Assembly (NCBI GenBank): GCA_019058445.1
Contig: JAHPZA010000005.1
Location: 52,276-116,275, forward strand
Source: Promethearchaeota archaeon
GTDB taxonomy: Archaea; Asgardarchaeota; Lokiarchaeia; Sigyniarchaeales; SOKP01
Length of the DNA stretch: 64,000 nucleotides
Direction: 5' to 3'
The stretch's first letter is position 1; each line of letters begins with the position of its first letter. Both the position numbers and the translations under genes were made by a program. Below the pieces are notes generated by a model, which saw nothing but the letters and a program-made list of their open reading frames with translations, had not been told where the DNA came from and did not search any database. This document shows, piece by piece, positions 39,537 through 50,347 of the stretch.

Positions 39537-40940
39537 TTAGAGACCATGTTTCTGTAATAAGATTTTGTTTTCTCTCACTTTATTGGGAGTTAAGTCGTAT
39601 ACCAACCACATAACTAAAAATCCTACAATAGAGAAGAACATTGGAATCAAAACCATGATAACTCTGATGCCCCATAATGCTAAGGGAGTTTGAGTTGCAG
39701 CCCCAGCTCTATAACCTGTTAATTGATGGACTATGGTAAAAACTAAGGCTTGAATTATAATAGCAGAACGTCCAAAAAACGTTCTAATTCCAGAGTATAT
39801 ACCTTCTTTGCGTTCTCCTGATTTCAAAACCAGTTCATCAATCGCATCAGAGAGGCAAGGATACATTAAAGTATTAACGGCACCACCTGCAATACTGGTT
39901 GCAAGTATGATAATGAGAATAAGCATAACATCGGAAATAAATAACAAAGGTATTGATAAAATTATAGAGGGAACAGCTCCTATCATAAAACATTTACGGT
40001 TTCCATACTTTCTGCCTAATTTAAACCAAAGAGGGATTGACAATACCGAACCGAATATATAAGTTGCTGCTATCATCATTTCAACGTTAGGATCTCGTGT
40101 TCCTATTATATATATTGTCCAAAATGGAAGAGAAGAAAGCACTAATACTAAGGAAACTTGAGATCCTATGTAAAAGATATTGTATGCCATGAAGTTTTTT
40201 TGCTTGATAGCAAATTTCAAGGCTCTCCAAAATGATTCTTTTTGGGTTTGTTGTTCAATAATTCGAATTTCTCTGGCAATTAATTCTTCATTTTCGCGCA
40301 TCCCGGGAATTACTAAAAAAGTGAATAATAAATTGATAATCATTAGGATAAAAGCTGCCAAAATGTAAGAATCAATATCTCCGTATTTAATGAAAAGAGG
40401 GGGGAGGATTATACCTACCGCGACACCTAATAGCCCAGCAAGAGCGCCCAGCGATGATACTTTGGTACGTTCTTTTTGGGAACGAAATTTATCCGGATAA
40501 ATTGACAGCCAATTGATTTGCCAAAGCGAATAAAACAATTCAAAAATGATTAAAGTAATTAATAGCCAAAAAAACATCCCCAATTGATCTCTAAAAGGAA
40601 TAATAAAAATCAGGAGATATGTTAAGGAATATATAAAAGCACCAATTATAAACCATGGAAATCGTCTCCCCCATCGCTCTGTTAATCTGGTCTTTCGATC
40701 GCATAAATATCCTAAGAGAGGATCATTAATCATGTTCCACGCTCCAAAAATAAAGAATGCAATGCCTATTAATGTAATAGATAAATACAACTCATTTTCA
40801 TAAAAAAAAATTGTACGAACAATAAAGGCAATCATAATAAAATTTACTATAAATCCTCCCATTCCATAAGACAAATGAATTTTAGAGGAATATTGCATCT
40901 CATCAATCTCAGTATTATTACTATTTGGTTGAGAATTCAT
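39537..40940 (-). CDS. MFS transporter, glycoside-pentoside-hexuronide (GPH/MelB) family
   Basis: WNMINDPLLGY..DR...RWGRRFPW, D.IDE.....GERKEG.Y; about 12 TM. Confidence 0.92.
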   Translation of the reverse strand: MNSQPNSNNTEIDEMQYSSKIHLSYGMGGFIVNFIMIAFIVRTIFFYENELYLSITLIGIAFFIFGAWNMINDPLLGYLCDRKTRLTERWGRRFPWFIIGAFIYSLTYLLIFIIPFRDQLGMFFWLLITLIIFELFYSLWQINWLSIYPDKFRSQKERTKVSSLGALAGLLGVAVGIILPPLFIKYGDIDSYILAAFILMIINLLFTFLVIPGMRENEELIAREIRIIEQQTQKESFWRALKFAIKQKNFMAYNIFYIGSQVSLVLVLSSLPFWTIYIIGTRDPNVEMMIAATYIFGSVLSIPLWFKLGRKYGNRKCFMIGAVPSIILSIPLLFISDVMLILIIILATSIAGGAVNTLMYPCLSDAIDELVLKSGERKEGIYSGIRTFFGRSAIIIQALVFTIVHQLTGYRAGAATQTPLALWGIRVIMVLIPMFFSIVGFLVMWLVYDLTPNKVRENKILLQKHGL

Positions 40941-41095
40941 TTGGAACTTCTAAAATTAGTATTAAAATATTTAAAATTTTGTCGATGTTTCTTATAAATC
41001 TTATCAAATATGAAAGAATTTTATGATGGGATTATTAATTTTCAAATGATTTCCCATATAGTTTAAATTTGTATTTCTGATTAGTAACTCCAAGG

Positions 41096-41710
41096 ATGGT
41101 ATTAATAGAACCAGAATTTGAAATTGATGAAAAAAATAGAGTTATTTGCAAATCCCATACTGATTATCTTAAATTCATAAATCCTTCTAAAGATTATTTC
41201 GAGGATATCTATTTGGATAAAATAATGACTTGTTTAACCTGTTCTCATTATACATATAATGAATGTTATTTTACTAAACCAAGAATCGAAGAAATTGAAG
41301 TTAACCGTCAAAAAAGAACAGAATTTAGATGTCAGTTATGTATTCATAAAATCGAAAGAATATTCACGATTATTTATAAGCTCTATAATAAAGAAAGGTA
41401 TGGAGTTGAAATTCCTTTAATATGCTGTAATTGTTATGATAAAATTAACACAAATCAATTCTTATCCGAATCAAAAAATTTAAGAATCCTTTACCTTTTT
41501 GTTATACTCACTTCAATCTTTACTCTTTTATACTTTAACTTTTTATTATTTCTATTAAAACTAAACTCAGTTACAAAGATTTTTTTATTTGCTCCTTTTT
41601 GTATTTTTATATTATTGATCATACTTAAATTATTAATTATATTAAAGAGAAACATTTATGGGGCTAAATATTTTAAAAAAAATTTTATGCGACAGGAAGC
41701 GACTGAATGA
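41096..41710 (+). CDS. Cys-rich (putative Zn-binding) protein with two C-terminal TM helices
   Basis: C..H, CLTCSH, C, CQLC, CCNC followed by two hydrophobic segments. Confidence 0.7.
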   Translation: MVLIEPEFEIDEKNRVICKSHTDYLKFINPSKDYFEDIYLDKIMTCLTCSHYTYNECYFTKPRIEEIEVNRQKRTEFRCQLCIHKIERIFTIIYKLYNKERYGVEIPLICCNCYDKINTNQFLSESKNLRILYLFVILTSIFTLLYFNFLLFLLKLNSVTKIFLFAPFCIFILLIILKLLIILKRNIYGAKYFKKNFMRQEATE

Positions 41711-41718
41711 AATAAATT

Positions 41719-42828
41719 CTAACCTAGCTTTCCAGCCCAACCTCTAACCAATTTTCTCATCTTCTCTTGCTGCGATATAACCCCATCTAATTCATTTTTA
41801 GTTTTATTCTTTAAATTGATAAGCTCAGGCACAAAGTTATAATTTATGAAATAATCTTTGCAACGTTTCGAAATAATTCCATCTTTGATATTCTTTGGAT
41901 TATTTTGAAACGTAGGATATTCTGCCTCCCAGATTTTTAAGAACTCTTCAAGATTATTTTTTGCTTCAAAAACCGGCAACACTCCTAAATTATTTGGAGT
42001 GGTCACGGCGATATTAGCTCGTTCAATTGTGAACCGATTTCCATTAAATGATACTGAAATAGCATTTTCATCCTTTAGTCTCTGTAACATGTTAATATCA
42101 GTTATAGAGTCTCCTAATGCTGTCATAGAAGATATGTCGACTCCAGTTCTTTTTGAGATTTCTTCTACTGCAAGCTCTTTTCTTTTCCCTCCTCGAACTT
42201 GGACGTGGTTCATGATTTTAATATAATCAGATTCTTTTCCTTTCCAAAAGAAGGTATCTAAATCTGCAATAACAGATTCGAGTTGCTTATCATTATCAAG
42301 ATACTTCTGGAAAATATCTCTTACTAATATATTAACTGATTCCTCAATATCTGAAACTTCGCTTTTTAATTCTTTTACATGAAGATCAGTGCAATACACA
42401 TGATCCTTAGGGATGTTTAAAGCGGCAGTTACATTATGAGCAAATTGCGTATAACTTGTAGAAATAACATATATATCCCATTCTTCATGGAGGGTTTTCA
42501 TTAATTCTCTACAACCCGGTAATAGTCCAAGGTTTTTCTTGGCAAGATTGTTTAGTTCTTCATCTGAAAAACAAGCTACATATAACGGTGCCATAATTCT
42601 TAAGGTATCTCCTGGTTGGTATTCGGGGATTCCTAATTTTTCTTTCACTCCTGGAATATCAATAATATAGTCGTCATAATTTGAAATCATGAAAAAAAAT
42701 TCGCCCATATCATACTTTTGCAGGTTTAATTCAGGCTTTTTGCTTAATAATCTGCCGATTTCAGCTGCAAAATCTATTACTGATATCGGACCTTCCAGAT
42801 CAAATAAACAAATGTTTTCTTTTTTCAT
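41719..42828 (-). CDS. HAD-superfamily protein, COG4030/EhaR-like
   Basis: FDLEGPIS, IS.YDDY, YQPGDTL, ISTSY, GDSITD, SFNGN, C-terminal RK.VRG.AG.LG. Confidence 0.8.
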   Translation of the reverse strand: MKKENICLFDLEGPISVIDFAAEIGRLLSKKPELNLQKYDMGEFFFMISNYDDYIIDIPGVKEKLGIPEYQPGDTLRIMAPLYVACFSDEELNNLAKKNLGLLPGCRELMKTLHEEWDIYVISTSYTQFAHNVTAALNIPKDHVYCTDLHVKELKSEVSDIEESVNILVRDIFQKYLDNDKQLESVIADLDTFFWKGKESDYIKIMNHVQVRGGKRKELAVEEISKRTGVDISSMTALGDSITDINMLQRLKDENAISVSFNGNRFTIERANIAVTTPNNLGVLPVFEAKNNLEEFLKIWEAEYPTFQNNPKNIKDGIISKRCKDYFINYNFVPELINLKNKTKNELDGVISQQEKMRKLVRGWAGKLG

Positions 42829-43099
42829 ATAACTGTAAAAGTATCTTTTTTAGTAGAATGATGCAAAAAATTTTAAAAAAGATTTCTATTAAAGTAGAAA
42901 TAAAACTCAAGTTAAAACACATTCTGAGAAATAGGTCTTATTTTATTTAGAAAGTTTATTAAATTTTATTTCAGAGAAGGTTTTAAATTCTATATTATGA
43001 GCTTATTTATTAATTGTGTATTTATATTGTATCACATTTTTAATAATTATTAATAGAAAAGAAAAAAAATTTAATCAAAAATAAAAAAGAGAATTTATT

Positions 43100-44554
43100 A
43101 TGAGTGAATCATTCGGAGATAAAGCGGGTGAACGCTTAGAAGTTCCTTCAAGAAGCTCAAAAAAAATGGTGCTTTTTCAGTTACACATCATCATCGGAGG
43201 TATCCTTTATGCAATGTGGAATCGTATTCAATTTTTTGCGGTCTCATTACTTCTTATCCCCCAATTCACGATCGTGTTAATTTATTTAGTCTATTCGATT
43301 GTTGATGGTTCAAATGATCCAATAATAGGATATCTCAATGATCGTTCAAAGAGATTTACGAAACAATACGGTAAACGATTTCCATGGATCATGTTCGGGA
43401 CGGTTGCCGCTCCGATTTTTTTAGTATTATGCTTTATACCTGTTATTGCAATACACGTTGATTCTAGAGGGAATGTGACGAATCCAGAAGCAGTGACTTT
43501 TGCCGCTCTTTGGTTAATTCTTTTAATGTGTGTATACGAATCATTTCGAACTCTTGCAGAAGTGAACACCAATGCTTTAATTCCTGATATGTATCGAGGG
43601 GATGAGCAGAGAAGAAAGTTGGGTTATATAGGACAAATTATTGGTATAGTAAGCAGTCTGTTATCAGCCATTCTGATTCCTTTATTATTAGTGAGTTATG
43701 GCGGGGTAACCTCAATACAAGCCTATATTCTTACAGCTATAACCATTATAATTATATCTTACATGTTAATGATTCCGTTTGGTTTTGGTGCACGCGAACC
43801 TGCCGACATGAAGATTTTTCGGGCAGAATTAGACGAAGCTGGGAAAAGTACTTCACCAGTGAGAGAAGTGGTAATTCGAGTACTGAAAGATAGAAATTGG
43901 ATGGCATTTACCATGGCAGTTTTCTTTTGGGCTATTGCTGGTATGTGTTTGGTTGCTGGATTAGATTTTTTTGTAGTTCATTATCTTGGCTTGGATTATA
44001 GTGCGATTATTTTACCCTCATTAATGGCAATTGCGGGGGGAGTTGTCTCAATTCCAATTTTTGTCAAATTAATTAGAAAATTTGGAGCGAAAAAGGCGTA
44101 TCTTACCAGCTTACTTATGTTTGCCATATTTTACTTTGCATTCTTTTTTGTAGAAGATATCATAGGATTAACTATTATCTTTTTCTTTGTTGGAATAGCA
44201 AGTGGTGGACAAGGAATTACATATATAGTCGTATCAAGCGAAGCTATTGATAACAGCGTTTTGCTTTCGGGTAAAAGAGAAGAAGGAACGTATAACGGAA
44301 TATTACGAATATTTACAGGATTTAGTTATGTTTTCCAAGCTCTAATTTTTGCGATTGTCAGTGCTAATTCAGGATATATTCCCGCAAGAGGAAAAAATCA
44401 AACTGAACTGGCAAGATTCGGACTGAAGCTACAAATGTCTCTAATTCCATTAATAATAATTATGATTGGAATAATTATCTTTATGTATTTCTACAAAATT
44501 ACCAAAGATATTGCGCTGGTAAATCGGAGAAAATTGTTAGAAAGAGGGCTTTAA
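43100..44554 (+). CDS. MFS transporter, GPH/MelB family
   Basis: DGSNDPIIGYLNDR...GKRFPW, ID......GKREEG.Y; about 12 TM. Confidence 0.92.
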   Translation: MSESFGDKAGERLEVPSRSSKKMVLFQLHIIIGGILYAMWNRIQFFAVSLLLIPQFTIVLIYLVYSIVDGSNDPIIGYLNDRSKRFTKQYGKRFPWIMFGTVAAPIFLVLCFIPVIAIHVDSRGNVTNPEAVTFAALWLILLMCVYESFRTLAEVNTNALIPDMYRGDEQRRKLGYIGQIIGIVSSLLSAILIPLLLVSYGGVTSIQAYILTAITIIIISYMLMIPFGFGAREPADMKIFRAELDEAGKSTSPVREVVIRVLKDRNWMAFTMAVFFWAIAGMCLVAGLDFFVVHYLGLDYSAIILPSLMAIAGGVVSIPIFVKLIRKFGAKKAYLTSLLMFAIFYFAFFFVEDIIGLTIIFFFVGIASGGQGITYIVVSSEAIDNSVLLSGKREEGTYNGILRIFTGFSYVFQALIFAIVSANSGYIPARGKNQTELARFGLKLQMSLIPLIIIMIGIIIFMYFYKITKDIALVNRRKLLERGL

Positions 44555-44572
44555 AGATTTTTAAAAACAAAA

Positions 44573-44595
44573 TTTTTTTTTTTTTTTTTTTTTTT
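44573..44595 (+). terminator. 23-nt poly(T) tract between convergent genes; probable archaeal-type terminator
   Basis: Uninterrupted T run starting 19 nt after the MFS gene stop. Confidence 0.55.
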
Positions 44596-44633
44596 AGGAA
44601 TGAAGACTTATAACTGAGCTTAAGACGCAAGTC

Positions 44634-45119
44634 CTAAAATTTAATTTTAAAGATTTCTTCAACAGATTTTCTTTTTAATTCTCTTTCCATAATAAGACGC
44701 CAATCTGGTTCTATTGTATCAAAAGCATTCTCTGCGAGTGTTTTTAATTCTTCATCCGGGGAGTTTAAAAAAGGGGCGATATATACTAAAGCCCTTTTAT
44801 CCTTTAAATTAGACAAGGCTTCAATGATGAAAATTATGCGGAATTTATCACTCAAGTGTTTATCAGCTTCTTCTTCTAATATTTCGATGATCCTCATTGT
44901 AGCTCTAGAATCTCCTATCCTCCCCAGAGCTTCAATTATTCGATTTTGCACCATGAATTCTTCTTCACTTCTAAGTGCCCTACATAAAAGATTTACGGAT
45001 CTCGCATCTTTCATAATTCCAAGTTCTCGGGCCGCATCTGCCCTCTTATGCCAATCGGCATTATGAAACAATTGTTTTATTAATTGGTTATATTTTTCGT
45101 TTGCTTTTTGCCACGCCAT
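44634..45119 (-). CDS. Small HEAT-repeat protein
   Basis: R..AA..LG..KD.R.V..L, IIEALGRIGD.RA, ALSNLKDKRAL repeats. Confidence 0.88.
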   Translation of the reverse strand: MAWQKANEKYNQLIKQLFHNADWHKRADAARELGIMKDARSVNLLCRALRSEEEFMVQNRIIEALGRIGDSRATMRIIEILEEEADKHLSDKFRIIFIIEALSNLKDKRALVYIAPFLNSPDEELKTLAENAFDTIEPDWRLIMERELKRKSVEEIFKIKF

Positions 45120-45205
45120 AATTCATGTAAAGAATAATCAGAATATTATTATAATTTGATTATTATAAAATATAAAATTAAAAAAAAGCAATTTTTAAGA
45201 ATATC

Positions 45206-46525
45206 CTATTTATTTAGAATAGAATTCATATGATCAATACGTTTTTGTAATAATTTTAAGGTACCGACATCTTTTCTATGAAATAATTTGCCCTCAACAC
45301 ATCCAACTCCATTTTCTGCTATTTTTTCAGCTTCCTCAAGATTACTCGCGATTCCAAGTATACCCATTGCCCGTGAGGTTGTAGTGAATATACTTTCACC
45401 TTCTCGATAGACTGATGCGTAATAATATTTTGCACCAATATTCTCTAATTTTTGCTTATTAATTATCACCTGTTCATCTTTTTTAGGAGAAACAGGATAT
45501 CCATCCGGTGCTAAGTATTTACATACCGTAGCTTTTTTTTCATAATCAACATTACTAGATAAATTTCCATGAATAATTCCCCAACATACATCTACGAAAT
45601 TTGTTTTTAGCAAGGGTAACACATTCATCGCTTCAGGGTCCCCGAACCTAGCATTAAATTCGATAAGCTTTAACCCTTTCGCAGTTTTCATGAATTGACC
45701 ATATAAGAAACCTTTATATTCTATTCCGGTTTCGGTCTTAACTGCTGCGACAGTCTTTTTCATATCATCTAAAGCCTCTTCAACATCGCTTTGAGTGATA
45801 AATGGCATCAGATGATCTTCTATGGAATATGATCCCATACCTCCTGTATTTGGACCTTTATCATCCTCATAGGCTCTTTTATGATCTTGAACCAAGGGCG
45901 AACCAATAACATTTTTACCATCCACAAACGTTTGTAGTGTGAACTCTTCTCCATCACACTTTTCTTCAAAGAGGAAAGCTCCTCCATGTTTTATGAGATC
46001 TTCACAATAATCTATAATATCTTGCTTTGAGAAAAGATGATCGCCATAAACTTTTACTCCTTTTCCTCCAGTTAAACCATCGGGTTTCACAACTATATTT
46101 TCTTCCCCCATATCTTTAATAGCTTTTTCAATTCCATCCATAGAGGTAAATTTTATACTTTGAACATTTGAGAGTATTTTATATTTTTCAAGTAAATTTC
46201 TTGTAAACACTTTGGAACCTTCTAATTGAGCGGCCTCTATTTTGGGACCCACACAGGGGATATCGCTTTTCTCTAATGCATCTACAATCCCAACAACGAG
46301 AGGCGATTCAGGACCAATAACCGCGAAATCTATATTTTTAATCTTCGCAAACTTTATTATTTCTTTAAAATCTGTTTCAGAATGAACTTTAACATCTTGG
46401 CTAAGATCTTCTAATCCCGCATTTTTAAAACTCATAAATGAATATAATTGGGCACCTCCTCGAACGAGAGCCTCTCCAATAACATGTTCCCTCGCTCCAT
46501 GACCTACAATTAAACACTTTACCAT
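45206..46525 (-). CDS. purD: Phosphoribosylamine-glycine ligase
   Basis: GHGAREH, VIGPE.PL, LEGSK, VVKPDGL.GGKGV, QDHKRAYE.D.GPNTGGMG, EFNARFGDPE. Confidence 0.97.
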   Translation of the reverse strand: MVKCLIVGHGAREHVIGEALVRGGAQLYSFMSFKNAGLEDLSQDVKVHSETDFKEIIKFAKIKNIDFAVIGPESPLVVGIVDALEKSDIPCVGPKIEAAQLEGSKVFTRNLLEKYKILSNVQSIKFTSMDGIEKAIKDMGEENIVVKPDGLTGGKGVKVYGDHLFSKQDIIDYCEDLIKHGGAFLFEEKCDGEEFTLQTFVDGKNVIGSPLVQDHKRAYEDDKGPNTGGMGSYSIEDHLMPFITQSDVEEALDDMKKTVAAVKTETGIEYKGFLYGQFMKTAKGLKLIEFNARFGDPEAMNVLPLLKTNFVDVCWGIIHGNLSSNVDYEKKATVCKYLAPDGYPVSPKKDEQVIINKQKLENIGAKYYYASVYREGESIFTTTSRAMGILGIASNLEEAEKIAENGVGCVEGKLFHRKDVGTLKLLQKRIDHMNSILNK

Positions 46526-46685
46526 AAATTCTCCACCTTTAAAAATTCTTAATCATAAATCCTCTAATTCTATTATCTTATTGAATAATTAAAACCTTAA
46601 TTATTAACTAATAATTAAAAAAAGGGTAAGATTTTAGCTTATAGTATTTTCATTTTCTTATAAATTTAAAATGATCCTACCTTAT

Positions 46686-47384
46686 TTATTCGGTAAAACA
46701 ATAATTCTTTTTTAACCAATAAGGAAATAAATAAAGAATTAGAATATCGGGAAATCTGGTATCTCTATCATGAAAATGGTTGTCTAAATACAAAACTACA
46801 GAATGGGGATCTATACAATTCTCACTTTTATGAACATACGTTATGGGAGTTTTGGGTAAGGGTGATTCCTCTATGATTTTTCTTGGCACTGGCACATGAA
46901 TATTTTCATTGCACAGATCACATTTAATAATTACATGCTGTATTGCCGAATTTTTCTTTATGTCATCATTATTTTTTTTGGCAGAAGATATTGTGGAAAT
47001 AATAACATCAACGGTTTTAGGTAATAATATATTAAAATCATGATCAACTTCAAATATTAGGCAATGTTTATCATTATTTTTATTATTTTTATGAACATAG
47101 TTAACGAGAACTTCTCTTTTTTCTGATTCTAAAACTGGCTGAATTGGAATCGGAATTAAAACGTATTTATCACATCTTTCACATTTGATAATAACTGGTT
47201 TAACTTCTTCAGTATCAAGTTTTTCAATCTTCTTTAATAGATCTGGAGTTAATTCTGGTGAATCTAAGGGAATTGTAGGCGTTTTCCTTGGGGGAGGAAC
47301 TACTGGCGCAGCATATAAATCCTCATCTTCTTCTTTATGAACCATATTTTTAAAATTAACTACTCTTTCATTTAGTCTTTTCAA
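46686..47384 (-). CDS. Hypothetical protein with two copies of a CxxC...YVH...H putative Zn-binding domain
   Basis: VIIKCERC..V.IPIP...YVHK...HC....D..F and VIIKCDLC..I.VPVP...YVHK...HS....D..F. Confidence 0.75.
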   Translation of the reverse strand: MKRLNERVVNFKNMVHKEEDEDLYAAPVVPPPRKTPTIPLDSPELTPDLLKKIEKLDTEEVKPVIIKCERCDKYVLIPIPIQPVLESEKREVLVNYVHKNNKNNDKHCLIFEVDHDFNILLPKTVDVIISTISSAKKNNDDIKKNSAIQHVIIKCDLCNENIHVPVPRKIIEESPLPKTPITYVHKSENCIDPHSVVLYLDNHFHDRDTRFPDILILYLFPYWLKKNYCFTE

Positions 47385-47551
47385 TCGTTACTATTAATTA
47401 TAAATTAATAGTTTTAAAGGATTTATTTAAAACTATTTAATTCACAATTATTAATTAAAAATTAAGACATTAAAATTAAAGAAAAATTGCATTTCAAACT
47501 TATCTAGTAATACTCTATTTTTATTTATTTTCTTTAGTGAGGAGTTAAATT

Positions 47552-49069
47552 ATGTATGATGCCATTATAATAGGAGCTGGAGTAGGAGGATTATCGTGTG
47601 CCGCGAAATTAGCGAAAAACAGAAAAAAAGTGCTAATTCTTGAAAAAATACATCATATTGGGGGAACCAGTCATGTATTTAAAAGGAATGACTATATATT
47701 TCCAATGGGGCCCCTTTCATTTAGTTTTCCTGAATTGATAAATAACCTATTGAAAGAAATGAATGTGAAAGAGGAGATTGAATTTGAAAGAAATCATTTC
47801 CAGTTAATCTCTCCAAATATTGATATTATTTATTCCCAGCAATGGGATAAATTTAGAGAATCTCTAAAAACATATTTTAAAGGAGAGGAAGAAGGTATTG
47901 ACTTATTTTTTGATGAATTTAATGACGTTATTGAGGCAATAAAAAGTGTTCATGAATGGCATCCGGATTTCTTGATAGGAAAAAAAAAAGCTATTGCAGC
48001 TGAGAGATTGAAAGAGATGCATAATGCTGAATATGAGATTATTAAAAAATATAATAAAATCAGTTCAGAAGATCTTCTAAACAAATTTATAAAAGAAGAT
48101 AATCTCAAAAGACTTTTAGGTTCCCAAGGAACTTTCCAGCCAGTTATGAATATGGTCCATCTAGCATTCATGTGGAATATTATGTCAAAAGAAGGGATCT
48201 GGTTTCCTTCGTGCGGTATTCATGGGATAAATCAATTATTATACTCATCCATCATCGAAAATGGTGGAGAAGTAAAGCTAAATACTCCAGTAAAAGAAGT
48301 TTTAATCAAAAATTATAAAGCTATTGGAGTGAAAACTTTTGAGGATAAAATCTTTAACTCAAAATGGGTGGTGGCAAATGCAGATTATAAAAGAGTATTC
48401 TTAGAATTAATTAATCCTAAAAATTTACCTAAGGACCATTTGAACGTTGTTAAAAACACGGCTTATACTGGAAGTGAGTTATGCGTCTATTTAGGAATAA
48501 ATCCAAATAAAGTTGATCTTGGCAAATTGCGTGCTAACCATTTATTTTATCGGTCAAAGATTGATAATTCTCCTTCTAAAATTCCTGAAAATTTTGAAAA
48601 TAAGGAAATAGAAATATGTTTATGGTCAAATAAATCAGAGAATTTTGCTCCCAATGGCAAAAAAAGTTTGGTGTTAAGGGTTAATATGCCTTATTCTCAT
48701 TTTAAACCTTGGAGACTTGGTGAAAAAAGAAGAAAAGAAGGTTATTTAGAATTTAAAAGAAGATTAGCGTTTAAATTAATTAAAACAGTTGAAAATATTT
48801 TACCTGGATTAGAAAGCGCTATTGAAATTATGGAAATTGCGACACCTCTTACCTATTCAGATTGGGGTCAGAGATATAGGGGTTCAGTTGCCGGATGGAC
48901 TCGAGATATTAAAAAAATAAGATTAAATACGAAGTTATTAACTGAAAATCCAATAAAAAGACTTTTAATGGTTGGAATTTATTCTGTTTTAGAACCTTTT
49001 TTAGGAGGTTATCCAGTTTCAATGTTTACAGGGAATCTAGCAGCAGAATTAATTCTTGAAAGATCATAA
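47552..49069 (+). CDS. FAD-dependent oxidoreductase, phytoene desaturase/CrtISO-like family
   Basis: DAIIIGAGVGGL Rossmann motif, LEK....GG, ANAD, ATPLTY. Confidence 0.85.
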   Translation: MYDAIIIGAGVGGLSCAAKLAKNRKKVLILEKIHHIGGTSHVFKRNDYIFPMGPLSFSFPELINNLLKEMNVKEEIEFERNHFQLISPNIDIIYSQQWDKFRESLKTYFKGEEEGIDLFFDEFNDVIEAIKSVHEWHPDFLIGKKKAIAAERLKEMHNAEYEIIKKYNKISSEDLLNKFIKEDNLKRLLGSQGTFQPVMNMVHLAFMWNIMSKEGIWFPSCGIHGINQLLYSSIIENGGEVKLNTPVKEVLIKNYKAIGVKTFEDKIFNSKWVVANADYKRVFLELINPKNLPKDHLNVVKNTAYTGSELCVYLGINPNKVDLGKLRANHLFYRSKIDNSPSKIPENFENKEIEICLWSNKSENFAPNGKKSLVLRVNMPYSHFKPWRLGEKRRKEGYLEFKRRLAFKLIKTVENILPGLESAIEIMEIATPLTYSDWGQRYRGSVAGWTRDIKKIRLNTKLLTENPIKRLLMVGIYSVLEPFLGGYPVSMFTGNLAAELILERS

Positions 49070-49175
49070 GGTTGAAAGTTTGTTTAAAAATAGGATTATA
49101 AGGATTTTCACAAGATTAATTTGATTTGCAACTCACTACCTTCATAAAATAAAATTAAAAAAATCAGAAAAGAGA

Positions 49176-50321
49176 ATGTCATCAGAAGAAAAATATAAAA
49201 AAGCCGCCCAAGTTATAATAAGGGCTGGTATATTACCGTTTCCATTAACTGATACTCTATTGGAAATAATGCGCTATATAATTAGAGAAGAAGACCTTGA
49301 TTTTATAATGGCTTTTAAACGAAAATTTTCTCAAACAATGGAACAATTGAAAAAGAGCAGTAAAATGTCGGAAGAAAAAATCTTAGGGCATGTGAATTAT
49401 CTTGCTAAGAAAGGTGTTATTTTTAACCAGCCAAATAGTCAGGGTGTTATGGTTTATAGGCTCCTCCCGCTTATGATGGTTGGACCGTTCGAGTATCTCC
49501 TCATGGAAAAGATTAAATATACGGATGAAGAAAAGAGATTAGCAATATTGTTTAAAAATTTATTCGATGAGGCAAAAGAATTAATACATGATAAATATGA
49601 GATGTTCATCCCGATTTTTAAGAAATTACCCCCAATAGATCGAACTGTTCCTGTAATTGGACCAGGAGCTTCGGGTGAAGAAGTACAGATTTCAGTGAAT
49701 AAAGAAGTAGAGGTTCCTGAAGAACAAATTATTCCTGCTCAAAAGATTGAGGAATTAATCAATAAATTTGACGAAATTGCTGTTGGACATTGTTTTTGCA
49801 GGCAACATAAAGATCTTTTAGGGGATCCTTGTCATGTGACTGATCTCAGAGAAAATTGTTTTACATTTGGCAAAAGTGCTCGATTTTGTACTGAACAAGG
49901 TTTTCAGAGAATGATTTCGAAAGAAGAAGCTCTAAAGTTATTAAAGGCATCTGAGGAGGATGGATTAGTTCATAAAGCTTTTCACCCGCATTCCGATATT
50001 ACTAAAGAAGAAACTTCAATCTGTAATTGCTGTGTAGATTGTTGTGCAACTTTTGAATTATGGCGTGATGGAGTTTTGCCGTTAATTAATTCTACCTACC
50101 ATTTAGCAAGCGTTAATGAGGAAAAATGTATAGGGTGTGGCACATGTGTAGAAAGATGTACAGTAGGAGCAATAAACTTAAATGATAATGAAAAAGCCGA
50201 AGTTAATAAAGTTCGCTGTATAGGATGTGGACTTTGTGCTCATTCTTGTCCCCAATCAGCAATAACATTATTAGAAGGAATGAGAAAAGTGTATGTTCCC
50301 CCTTTAAGAGAAAACACATAA
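49176..50321 (+). CDS. Polyferredoxin-like 4Fe-4S binding protein with N-terminal HTH-like region
   Basis: CFCR, C, ICNCC.DCC, two CxxCxxCxxxC motifs (CIGCGTCVERC, CIGCGLCAHSC). Confidence 0.9.
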   Translation: MSSEEKYKKAAQVIIRAGILPFPLTDTLLEIMRYIIREEDLDFIMAFKRKFSQTMEQLKKSSKMSEEKILGHVNYLAKKGVIFNQPNSQGVMVYRLLPLMMVGPFEYLLMEKIKYTDEEKRLAILFKNLFDEAKELIHDKYEMFIPIFKKLPPIDRTVPVIGPGASGEEVQISVNKEVEVPEEQIIPAQKIEELINKFDEIAVGHCFCRQHKDLLGDPCHVTDLRENCFTFGKSARFCTEQGFQRMISKEEALKLLKASEEDGLVHKAFHPHSDITKEETSICNCCVDCCATFELWRDGVLPLINSTYHLASVNEEKCIGCGTCVERCTVGAINLNDNEKAEVNKVRCIGCGLCAHSCPQSAITLLEGMRKVYVPPLRENT

Positions 50322-50347
50322 TTCCTTATTTTTTTAATTTAATATAG

